A stretch of 37,213 bases of DNA from an uncultured Ruminococcus sp. (GTDB lineage Bacteria; Bacillota; Clostridia; Oscillospirales; Acutalibacteraceae). Location of the stretch: positions 1-37,213 of the forward strand of contig CAYOVQ010000001.1 in assembly GCA_964407485.1 (NCBI GenBank), given 5' to 3'. This document shows positions 16,710 through 24,365 of the stretch, in pieces. A program made the position numbers and the translations under genes. The stretch's first letter is position 1. Each line of letters begins with the position of its first letter. Under the pieces are notes generated by a model. It ran no database searches. It saw only the letters and a program-made list of their open reading frames with translations, and was not told the DNA's origin.

Positions 16710-17735
16710 ATGAAAAAATGTCCGTTTTGTAAAGCTGATATAGAGGACAACGCCCGCTTTTGCCTTTACTGTATGTCCTCTTTGCAGGAAAAACAAAAGA
16801 TAGAAAACCAACAAAAAGATAACAAAAGGTGGCTGTATATACTTGCCGCCTTTTTATTGCTTGTGTTTGCTTTTGCTATAACAATATTTGCTTTAAGCAA
16901 AAATGGGGCGAATAACAATTCAAGCGAAAACTCTATGTATAGCGAAACATTACCCCTAAACAACTCGTCATATACAAGCGATATTTTATCAAGCAATAAC
17001 ACAAGTGATGACGTAAGTAAAAACACTTCAACTGATAATTCGTCACAAGATAAAACTCCACACAATAGTAGTAGTGATAAAACAAATCCCGACGATAACA
17101 GCGATACAACTACCACCACAAGCCATTCGCAAAGCAGTACTATCAGCAGTTCATCAAGCGATACAACCACATCAACTGTGTCACCCTCACAGCCAAGTGA
17201 AAGCGACAATACCCAAACTTCAGAAGAACAAAACAGCAGTCAAGAAACCATTATGCCAGTCGAGGCGGTTTATATCTACCGTGATGCTGTTGCCGCCGAT
17301 TGCTACACCGCGGGTAATATTCCCGCGCAACCAATTGAAGATGTTATTGTTATCACGGGTGTGTCTTGTGCGGCAAGTGACGGAATATACAATATACCCG
17401 AAGAAATTGACGGAAAAAGGGTTGGAGCAATTATGCCATCCGCCTTTTCCGATACTGCTATCAGCAGCACCGTCAAAAAGGTTGTAGTACCATCAACGGT
17501 AAAAACTATTTGGCAAAACGCTTTTTCTAACTGTTACAACTTGACCGATATTTATTTGTGCGGTGCAACTATAAATATCTTTGAATCAGCATTTGCTGAT
17601 GTGTCAAATCGCACAGGAACGTTAACCATACATTGCGCTCGTGACTGTAAAACCTTTGCCTTTTACTATTACAGAAATATAGTCGGTAATTATGATGCTC
17701 TATACCAAGAATGGAACGGCGGCGAGATTGAATGA
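16710..17735 (+). CDS. Membrane protein: N-terminal zinc ribbon, one TM helix, Ser/Thr/Asn-rich linker, C-terminal BspA-type LRR domain
   Basis: Zinc ribbon is CPFC-x10-CLYC and the TM helix is WLYILAAFLLLVFAFAITIFAL. A low-complexity S/T/N/D stretch spans ~aa 66-180. LRR units include IPEEIDGKRVGAIMPSAFSDTAISSTVKKVV and VPSTVKTIWQNAFSNCYNLTDIY. Confidence 0.8.
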   Translation: MKKCPFCKADIEDNARFCLYCMSSLQEKQKIENQQKDNKRWLYILAAFLLLVFAFAITIFALSKNGANNNSSENSMYSETLPLNNSSYTSDILSSNNTSDDVSKNTSTDNSSQDKTPHNSSSDKTNPDDNSDTTTTTSHSQSSTISSSSSDTTTSTVSPSQPSESDNTQTSEEQNSSQETIMPVEAVYIYRDAVAADCYTAGNIPAQPIEDVIVITGVSCAASDGIYNIPEEIDGKRVGAIMPSAFSDTAISSTVKKVVVPSTVKTIWQNAFSNCYNLTDIYLCGATINIFESAFADVSNRTGTLTIHCARDCKTFAFYYYRNIVGNYDALYQEWNGGEIE

Positions 17736-18448
17736 GTTATTTAAACACAACCCGCGAACAATACATAGAAAAACTGTTTGAAACCTATCGATTGGTATGT
17801 GTACTTGCCGACAAAAATGACTGCAAAGTCTTGCGTTTAAGACACAAACAATTAAATAAAGATTTGGTGCTGCGCAGTTTCCCAAAAGTTGTTGCGGCAT
17901 ACGAAATACTATGCAATATACGATCAAAAAATCTGCCCGAAATATATGATTCTATAACCCTCGATGACGGACAAATAGTTTTAGAAGAGTTTATTAGCGG
18001 TATGACGGTTGACGATGTTATGAAAGGCGGTAACTACCGATACCGTGGAGCAAAGCGGGTGCTGACATCGGTTTGTAACGCGCTGGACATCCTGCACAAA
18101 AACAACATAGTTCATCGTGATATTAAACCCGAAAATATAATAATTTCAGATGACAGCAGGGTTGTTTTAATTGACCTTAACATATCGCGTCAGATGTCCT
18201 ACAGCAAAAAAGACACCGTTATAATGGGCACGGTAGGTTATGCCTCACCCGAACAGTTGGGTGTTGCGGGTAGTGATACGCGAACAGACATTTATGCTAT
18301 GGGTGTGCTGCTTAACGTGATGCTTACAGGCAAGCACCCAAGTGAAACGTTAGCGCGCGGAAGGTCAGGCAAAATTGTTAAAAAATGCACTGATATAAGC
18401 CCAGACAACCGCTATCAGACAGCCGAAAAATTAGCTGAAGCATTATAA
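17732..18448 (+). CDS. Hanks-type Ser/Thr protein kinase catalytic domain only (238 aa), atypical N-lobe
   Basis: ATGA overlap with the upstream gene. HRDIKPEN (aa 128-135), DLN in place of DFG (148-150), GTVGYASPE (166-174). No TM or sensor domain. Confidence 0.85.
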   Translation: MSYLNTTREQYIEKLFETYRLVCVLADKNDCKVLRLRHKQLNKDLVLRSFPKVVAAYEILCNIRSKNLPEIYDSITLDDGQIVLEEFISGMTVDDVMKGGNYRYRGAKRVLTSVCNALDILHKNNIVHRDIKPENIIISDDSRVVLIDLNISRQMSYSKKDTVIMGTVGYASPEQLGVAGSDTRTDIYAMGVLLNVMLTGKHPSETLARGRSGKIVKKCTDISPDNRYQTAEKLAEAL

Positions 18449-18483
18449 AAAGAGCAGACTTGAAACCCAAGTCTGCTCTTTCA
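18447..18483. terminator. Bidirectional intrinsic terminator between the kinase gene and asp23
   Basis: agagcagactt (18451-18461), gaaaccc, aagtctgctct (18469-18479), flanked by AAAA and TTT. Confidence 0.65.
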
Positions 18484-18498
18484 GTTTGTATTTACTCT

Positions 18499-18840
18499 TT
18501 ATTCTGCCTCTGCAAAGTCTATGTCTTCGATGTTTACGTTAACTCTGGTTACGGCGGTGCCTGTCATAGTTTGAATTTTATCCTTAACGTTTTGCTGAAC
18601 TGCCTCGGCTACCTCGCGCATTTTTGCTTTAGCGTCTATGCAGATGTAAACATTAATATCTATCGCGCCGTTAACACTTTCAACCTTAACACCCTTAACA
18701 ACACTTTTGGTTTTGATTGCGCCTTTTAGGTCGATAGCCTTCTTTGCAACACCCTTAACGCCCTCAATCTCACAAGCGGCAAGTTCTGCCATTTTTTCAA
18801 GCACTTCGGTGCTTACGGAAACTTCTGTTCTGTTGTCCAT
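18499..18840 (-). CDS. Asp23/Gls24-family alkaline shock protein
   Basis: 113 aa. ...EVLEKMAELAACEIEGVKGV...VNINIEDIDF is the typical Asp23 pattern, and the gene sits downstream of spoIIIA as in many Firmicutes. Confidence 0.88.
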   Translation of the reverse strand: MDNRTEVSVSTEVLEKMAELAACEIEGVKGVAKKAIDLKGAIKTKSVVKGVKVESVNGAIDINVYICIDAKAKMREVAEAVQQNVKDKIQTMTGTAVTRVNVNIEDIDFAEAE

Positions 18841-18902
18841 TGTTTTTTCCTCCGTATATATAAATTGCTGTTTTGTTATTTGTAAATTATTATTACAAAC
18901 TT

Positions 18903-18931
18903 ATTGTAACATAATTCATATAACTTTGCAA
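18903..18931 (-). promoter_or_regulatory. Sigma-A-type promoter for asp23
   Basis: Minus strand: TTGCAA (18931-18926), 17 nt, TACAAT (18908-18903), with extended -10 TGt. Confidence 0.4.
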
Positions 18932-18933
18932 GA

Positions 18934-19476
18934 TTATTTTACGGTGACAATTTTTATGTTGCTTAAAGGTATTTCGGTCTGGGCGGTGACGATATCCTGT
19001 ATCTGCAGGGTCTGGGCAGTTGTAATACCCTCTGATTTTACAATCACACTTACGTCATTATCGCTTATTATCACTACCGCTTTTTCAAAACCTTTGACTT
19101 TAAGCAGTGTCTCTATATTGTTGGCTTTTTCAATCCTGTTAGCCATATCACTTGTGGCTTTTAAAGCCTGTTCACGTTCCTGTTCGGTAGCATTTGCAGA
19201 TTTTAGTGTTTCCTCTACCAGTTCCTGCGCCTCATCTAATGCTTTTTGGCGGTCACTTTTTGCGGTTTCAAAATAATCGGCCTCGCTTTCTTCTGCTTTA
19301 GCGGCAGTCTGCACAGCCTCGCCGCTTGCCGTGTCGCTATCGCTTACAAAAGTTGCTTCGCCCATATATTTTTCATTAGAAGAAAATTTCATATTAAGCC
19401 ACACCGCCGCGCCCAAAGCCAGCACCATAAGCGCTAACACTACCTGATGTTTTCCAAAGACCTTACCTTTTTTCAT
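18934..19476 (-). CDS. spoIIIAH: Stage III sporulation protein AH
   Basis: Last gene of the operon. It has an N-terminal TM (VVLALMVLALGAAVWL), an acidic/coiled middle, and a C-terminal KGFEKAVVIISDNDVSVIVKSE ring-building-motif-like segment. Confidence 0.8.
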   Translation of the reverse strand: MKKGKVFGKHQVVLALMVLALGAAVWLNMKFSSNEKYMGEATFVSDSDTASGEAVQTAAKAEESEADYFETAKSDRQKALDEAQELVEETLKSANATEQEREQALKATSDMANRIEKANNIETLLKVKGFEKAVVIISDNDVSVIVKSEGITTAQTLQIQDIVTAQTEIPLSNIKIVTVK

Positions 19477-19477
19477 A

Positions 19478-20014
19478 TTACGTTCCTCCTGAAATGTATA
19501 CTCGTTTTGATGTTATATTTAAAGCCGCAGTGACGGCATTTTTTATTTTTTCGGCAGTAAGTTCATAGTCACCGCCTGCGCAGATAATCGCGACGCCGCG
19601 TACTTCGGGCATAATCTCGGTAATAACAAGCGCCTGCTCACCGCCGTCGGCATTTTTGACCGTTATGTAAGACTGTTTTTTGCTCTCACTGCTTTGGTCG
19701 TTTGTCTCGCCTGCAGAACTTGACGTGTCGGTCTCGGCGGCGCTGGCGTAAGAATAGCGTATGCCGCTTTCAAGCGTTATTACAACAGTGGGATTTTTGT
19801 CCCCCGTGATGCTTGTTACTATATCTTTTATATCCTCTTCAAGAAGTTCACAGTACTGCTCTGCCGTATACGTAACGCCGCTTGACGCGTTTTTTTGCGT
19901 CTCGTCACCGTCGCCTGAAAAAAGCGATGATATAAAAATCAGCAGTATACCGCCGATGCCTAAAATGATTAACATTTTTGGATTTTTTGTAAGATTTTTT
20001 ATTTTTTCATTCAT
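19478..20014 (-). CDS. spoIIIAG: Stage III sporulation protein AG
   Basis: N-terminal TM and C-terminal ITEIMPEVRGVAIICAGGD...ITSKRVYI, matching the conserved PEVRGV block of SpoIIIAG. Operon position agrees. Confidence 0.82.
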   Translation of the reverse strand: MNEKIKNLTKNPKMLIILGIGGILLIFISSLFSGDGDETQKNASSGVTYTAEQYCELLEEDIKDIVTSITGDKNPTVVITLESGIRYSYASAAETDTSSSAGETNDQSSESKKQSYITVKNADGGEQALVITEIMPEVRGVAIICAGGDYELTAEKIKNAVTAALNITSKRVYISGGT

Positions 20015-20432
20015 TTATTACATCTACCTCATAACTGTCTGAACCTATTACCGCGTCTATTTTTTGTTGAGACTCGCTTGTGTAAACAGTTACCTTACTT
20101 ATAACTATGCTGCCGTCGTTTAATTTATTAGTGTCTACTATAATTTTTGTAAAATTTATCCCCTCTTGATAAAGCGCCTCGGCAAAAATTGATTGAGCCG
20201 TGACCGCTGTGTTTTGCTCGGTAAGGATTTCGGTAGTATCTGCGCTTTCAAAATAAGAAAAATCGGGTTTTGGCAATGCCACTACGGTACCTATAACACA
20301 ACAAACAAAACACAGGCAAAAAACATATTTCACACTCTGGCTCATACTGCCCGACGGACACAGCATATATAAAAAACCCAGCAGTATACAACTGACGCAA
20401 AAACTGATTATAAAGGAAGAAATATTATTCAT
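20007..20432 (-). CDS. spoIIIAF: Stage III sporulation protein AF
   Basis: 141 aa with two N-terminal TM helices. Position between AE and AG, with overlapping stop/start on both sides. Confidence 0.72.
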   Translation of the reverse strand: MNNISSFIISFCVSCILLGFLYMLCPSGSMSQSVKYVFCLCFVCCVIGTVVALPKPDFSYFESADTTEILTEQNTAVTAQSIFAEALYQEGINFTKIIVDTNKLNDGSIVISKVTVYTSESQQKIDAVIGSDSYEVDVINE

Positions 20433-21529
20433 TTTGTTGACATCACAACCACCGACAGCGCAATTATAAACATACCGCCCACCATTAAAACCACACCCAA
20501 AAGCAGTGACAGCATTGAATCTATCGCGCGCAAAACCCCCGTTATTTTAGAAAGTGAAAAAAGTTCACCCAAAGAGATATTAAGAAGCAACATACACCGC
20601 CATAAAACAAGGTCTATAATAATTGGAAGCAGTGTCACCGCCAATGCCGCAACACCGTATATGCCCACAGAAGATTTAAGCAGCCCCATAGACGTTGAAA
20701 TAGTGGATACCGCTTCGCTTAACACCCCACCTGCCACAGGCACAGAAGTACCTATTATAAATTTTGCAGTGCGCAGTGTAACACTGTCTGCCGCAGAGTT
20801 AACCGCTGTCTGAATGCCTAAAACACCTATAAACAACGTGCCTAAAAGCGACATTATCCACATAGAAATCTTTTTAACGCTTTCTACAATGCCTGAACTG
20901 TTAAGCAGAGGAGACACACCCGAACTGATGCTCAATGCCAGATATCCACCCATAAGCGGCAACACCGCAAAAGACGACACAAACGATACTACCTCTGTAG
21001 CGGCAAGCAACAGCGCGCTCATAGCAGGCGCTGTAACCGTTTTGCCCGAAAGTGCCAATGTTACACTAAAAACAGGCACAAAACTTAACATAAAAGTACT
21101 GCAACCCTTAACCGCATTTACGGCGGCAGATACGCTTTGCCACACATTTGTTGCCGCTACGGCGCTGATTGAAAGCACGGCGGCATAAATTGCCGTTTCA
21201 AATCGGGGTGCCGCACCAAATGCGGTAATAGCCGCCGACACAAAAATAATGCCCGCCACGGCAATACCCGCTACAACAGGTGTTTTAACTCCTCCCGTTA
21301 CAAACTGCCACAAATGTCGCAGTACATTGCCGTTTGTAAGACGGTTCACCCATGTGCTATCGGTTATGTCGATTCCGTTTTCTTCAAAAAAATCGCGAAC
21401 ATCACTGTCAAGGCTATCGTCAAGCGAGTCGGCGCCCACATTTTTAATTTGCGTGGCATAGTTATCCTCGGCGCAAACGGGCAAAGAAAAGATAAAAATT
21501 AATATAACAAATGCGATTATTTTTTTCAT
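20429..21529 (-). CDS. spoIIIAE: Stage III sporulation protein AE (polytopic membrane protein)
   Basis: 366 aa with a signal-like N-terminus followed by multiple TM helices. Operon position agrees. Confidence 0.85.
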   Translation of the reverse strand: MKKIIAFVILIFIFSLPVCAEDNYATQIKNVGADSLDDSLDSDVRDFFEENGIDITDSTWVNRLTNGNVLRHLWQFVTGGVKTPVVAGIAVAGIIFVSAAITAFGAAPRFETAIYAAVLSISAVAATNVWQSVSAAVNAVKGCSTFMLSFVPVFSVTLALSGKTVTAPAMSALLLAATEVVSFVSSFAVLPLMGGYLALSISSGVSPLLNSSGIVESVKKISMWIMSLLGTLFIGVLGIQTAVNSAADSVTLRTAKFIIGTSVPVAGGVLSEAVSTISTSMGLLKSSVGIYGVAALAVTLLPIIIDLVLWRCMLLLNISLGELFSLSKITGVLRAIDSMLSLLLGVVLMVGGMFIIALSVVVMSTK

Positions 21530-21921
21530 AGTCCTACAAAGCCTATTGCCGCTTCTATCACGGTTGTAAGCAGCGGAATGCTTAAAATAAAAATTACTCC
21601 TTTGCCTGCAATTTCGGCTCCTTGCGCTAAAGCGCTTAATCCAAAATCGCGACAGACATCAGCGGCAAAACCCGTTATGTAGGCAATGCCGAGCGCTTTT
21701 AACGCGGTGGTAAAATACACACCAACATTTCCGCTTTGGTCGTATAATTCCTTTAATTTTACAATGCCGCCCAAAAGGTTGCTTGATGTTGTCATAAGCG
21801 TTACGCAAACCGCGGCTATAACAAGTAAAAAAGAGTACTCCTGCAAATGCGGTCTTAACACTATGGCAAATACCGCAGCAATAATTATAAGTACAATTAT
21901 TTTTATAAGGTCGCCGCTCAC
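21526..21921 (-). CDS. spoIIIAD: Stage III sporulation protein AD
   Basis: 131-aa membrane protein. Size, hydrophobicity pattern and position fit SpoIIIAD. Confidence 0.85.
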   Translation of the reverse strand: MSGDLIKIIVLIIIAAVFAIVLRPHLQEYSFLLVIAAVCVTLMTTSSNLLGGIVKLKELYDQSGNVGVYFTTALKALGIAYITGFAADVCRDFGLSALAQGAEIAGKGVIFILSIPLLTTVIEAAIGFVGL

Positions 21922-22112
21922 AGCCCAAACAATCCTTTTACTGTGCTGAACAAATCAGCAATCGCGCCCACTACCATAAGCAACACCACCACAAGACCCG
22001 ACAGTGTTACAAGCATTGCCTGCTCTTCACGACCTGAACGTACAAGCAGTTGATGAAGCACCGTTACAATAATGCCTATAGCGGCTATTTTAAAAATAAA
22101 ATCTACGTCCAT
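21918..22112 (-). CDS. spoIIIAC: Stage III sporulation protein AC
   Basis: 64 aa. FKIAAIGIIVTVLHQLL...LFSTVKGLF closely parallels B. subtilis SpoIIIAC as I recall it. Confidence 0.88.
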   Translation of the reverse strand: MDVDFIFKIAAIGIIVTVLHQLLVRSGREEQAMLVTLSGLVVVLLMVVGAIADLFSTVKGLFGL

Positions 22113-22122
22113 ATCTTTACCT

Positions 22123-22599
22123 CTAAATCAGTAATACACCCAAGGCGAGTCCTATACAAACACCAAAGGTTTTAAACAATTTGCTTTTTTGAACAGCATC
22201 ACATTCGGCATCATTTAACCGTTTTTTTATGCTGTGACTAAAAGAAATTATGCGGTCACACTCGGCTTTTTTTGCTGATTTTCCTAAAGAAGACAGAAAA
22301 TCGTTAATAACCGCTTTATCATCAAAGGTTAAATCACTGTCTTTGCAAAGCGCTTTCCCCTTTTCGACTGTTATAAAATCACATTTGCAAAAGGAGTTTT
22401 TTATTGCCGTATCAAGTTCGCATCCACCCTGCTCTATATGCACATACAAAGTATCTAATCCGTCACAAAAAGCAGACATTTTTTTGCATCTTGCATTAAG
22501 TGAAAAACTCTTTAAAAATCCCCACATGCTGCATACCGCAACAAGTAAAATTATGCCTGTTATTTTAACTGTAAACACTGCTTGTAAACTCCCTTGCAT
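22123..22599 (-). CDS. spoIIIAB: Stage III sporulation protein AB
   Basis: ~158 aa with TM helices at both ends. Start is ambiguous: ATG 22599, or GTG 22578 which follows AGGGAG. It overlaps the spoIIIAA 3' end. Confidence 0.78.
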   Translation of the reverse strand: MQGSLQAVFTVKITGIILLVAVCSMWGFLKSFSLNARCKKMSAFCDGLDTLYVHIEQGGCELDTAIKNSFCKCDFITVEKGKALCKDSDLTFDDKAVINDFLSSLGKSAKKAECDRIISFSHSIKKRLNDAECDAVQKSKLFKTFGVCIGLALGVLLI

Positions 22600-23482
22600 C
22601 AAAAATCTGAGACGGCTCGCCTAATCTTTGTGACAGTAGCGCCACTTTTGAAATCGCGCCGCTTTTTACAATGTTTTTGGTAACATCGCGCCGCATTATA
22701 TCGCGCGCATCACGGCAATGAGCGGTCGTTATAACCGACACTCCCGCGTTAAAACACTGTGTCACACTGTTTAGTTCGTCTACGGTGCCGATTTCATCAA
22801 AAGCAATAAAATGCGGAAACATTGTACGAAGTGCAATGCCAGTACCCAAAGCCTTATCGCGCGTATATAAAACGTCGGTATTAATGCCTAAATCAAGCGA
22901 TTTTGAGCCACCCGAAATTTCACCTCGGCTATCTATTACGGCAACGCGACAATAAGCACCGTTTTCACCGTTTGAAAGCAATCGTACCAAATCACGCAAA
23001 ACAGTTGTTTTGCCACTGCCGGGCGGACCTGCAATAAGCAAACCGTTACCAGCGTGTGAAAGCAGAGGTCGCGCGCAGTCAAAAATCTGACGGGCAATTC
23101 TTATGTTTATTGAGGTTACAGACGTCATCATTCCGTCGGCGTTAAAGACACCGCATACCCCTGCGCGACATCCGCGGGCAAGTGACACAAACCCTTGCTT
23201 TATTTCGCTTTCGTGCAGATATACCGAATTATTGCAAAGCAGTGACAGTGTGTGTTGCAATTCGTCCTCTGATGCTATAAGAGTGTTTTGTGAAAATGTG
23301 TCTGTGACACTGCTGTCTTCACACACAAACATAACCTTGCCGCAAGCGGTAAGACACACGGGCAAATTCTGCCGCAATCGTATTTCTTCGCACTTTTCCT
23401 TTACTCCATCGGGAATAAAAGCAAGCGTTCTTTGTATTCTGTCTGCAATCTGCAAAACTGCATTATCAAATTCTGTGTTCAT
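22565..23482 (-). CDS. spoIIIAA: Stage III sporulation protein AA (ATPase)
   Basis: Walker A is GPPGSGKTT and Walker B is IAFDEIG. It is the first gene of an eight-gene co-oriented, overlapping cluster. Confidence 0.9.
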   Translation of the reverse strand: MNTEFDNAVLQIADRIQRTLAFIPDGVKEKCEEIRLRQNLPVCLTACGKVMFVCEDSSVTDTFSQNTLIASEDELQHTLSLLCNNSVYLHESEIKQGFVSLARGCRAGVCGVFNADGMMTSVTSINIRIARQIFDCARPLLSHAGNGLLIAGPPGSGKTTVLRDLVRLLSNGENGAYCRVAVIDSRGEISGGSKSLDLGINTDVLYTRDKALGTGIALRTMFPHFIAFDEIGTVDELNSVTQCFNAGVSVITTAHCRDARDIMRRDVTKNIVKSGAISKVALLSQRLGEPSQIFDAREFTSSVYS

Positions 23483-23502
23483 ATTTTACCTTCCTTTAAT
23501 TA

Positions 23503-23530
23503 CAATTTATGAACGAACCTGTCCTATATA
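23503..23530 (-). promoter_or_regulatory. Possible sigma-E-type sporulation promoter for spoIIIA
   Basis: Minus strand: cTATATA, 13 nt, CATAAATT, compared with the sigma-E consensus ATATT...CATACA-T. It lies ~20 nt upstream of the RBS GGAAGG. Confidence 0.3.
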
Positions 23531-23535
23531 GAACA

Positions 23536-23567
23536 AAAAAGTCTTGTTCGGTTGAACAAGACTTTTT
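23536..23567 (-). terminator. Intrinsic terminator after yebC
   Basis: aaaaagtcttgttc, ggtt, gaacaagacttttt (14-bp stem) lies 18 nt downstream of the yebC stop. Confidence 0.65.
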
Positions 23568-23584
23568 AAAATTGCAATATTTAA

Positions 23585-24319
23585 TTATTCTTCGTCTGGC
23601 ATATCCCAGTTGTGCCATATTGCCTGAACATCATCATTATCTTCAAGCATATCGATAAGTTTTTCCATCTTTACTTGCAAATCGGGGTCGTCAATCGCCG
23701 TCATAGTACCAGGTATGTACTGCACCTCGGCAGAAAGAAAACTGTAACCCTGCTCTTCTAAAGCATCACGTACTGCGCCTAAGTCGTTAGGCTCGGTAGT
23801 GATTTCAAAAACATCACCGTCAAAACTAAAGTCATCAGCGCCTGCCTCAAGTGCCGCTTCCATAACGGTGTCTTCGTCAAGGCCCTCGCCCTCAATAGCA
23901 ATAACACCCTTACGCTCAAACATAAACATTACCGAACCGCTTTGACCCAAATTGCCGCCGCACTTGTCAAAATAATGACGCATCTCGCCTGCCGTACGGT
24001 TGCGGTTATCGGTAAGGGTTTCAACAACTACTGCCACACCGCAGGGACCGTAACCCTCATAAATGAGTTCTTCATATTCATTGCCGCCTGCTTCACCCGC
24101 AGCCTTTTTGATAATACGCTCAATGTTATCGTTAGGTACGTTGTTTGCCTTTGCCTTGGCAATAGCATCTTTAAGTTTGCTGTTTTCTTGCGGATTAGGT
24201 CCACCCGCCTTAACAATTACCGAAATTTCACGACCGATTTTTGTAAAGATTTTTGCCTTTGCAGCATCGGTTTTTTCTTTTTTTCGTTTAATATTGTTCC
24301 ACTTGGAATGTCCTGACAT
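23585..24319 (-). CDS. yebC: YebC/PmpR-family DNA-binding transcriptional regulator
   Basis: MSGHSKWNNIKRKK N-terminus and a 244-aa length are typical of the family. Confidence 0.95.
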   Translation of the reverse strand: MSGHSKWNNIKRKKEKTDAAKAKIFTKIGREISVIVKAGGPNPQENSKLKDAIAKAKANNVPNDNIERIIKKAAGEAGGNEYEELIYEGYGPCGVAVVVETLTDNRNRTAGEMRHYFDKCGGNLGQSGSVMFMFERKGVIAIEGEGLDEDTVMEAALEAGADDFSFDGDVFEITTEPNDLGAVRDALEEQGYSFLSAEVQYIPGTMTAIDDPDLQVKMEKLIDMLEDNDDVQAIWHNWDMPDEE

Positions 24320-24365
24320 AATTTTACGACCTTTCGAAATTCGTTTTTACAACTTAAATATATTA

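Noticed and set aside
16766-17487. ORFs 16766..17209 (-) and 17074..17487 (+) overlapping the zinc-ribbon/LRR gene.
   Set aside because: They fall in the Ser/Thr/Asn low-complexity tract, where alternative frames stay open by composition. They have no RBS or recognisable motifs.
10563-18448. The accessory block could be a prophage, ICE or transposon.
   Set aside because: No integrase, recombinase, transposase, phage structural gene, tRNA attachment site or flanking direct repeat could be found by eye. Only the compositional shift and gene content suggest foreign origin.
18707-19276. A 189-aa plus-strand ORF, and the 89-aa ORF at 18460..18729.
   Set aside because: They are antisense to spoIIIAH and asp23, whose translations carry clear family features and operon context. 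The antisense products are low-complexity (S/F/L/I/T-rich) and lack an RBS.
22565-22602. The 38-nt overlap of spoIIIAA and spoIIIAB as possible programmed frameshifting.
   Set aside because: The overlap depends on choosing the most upstream start. ATG 22599 or GTG 22578 (after AGGGAG) give ordinary short overlaps typical of coupled operon genes.
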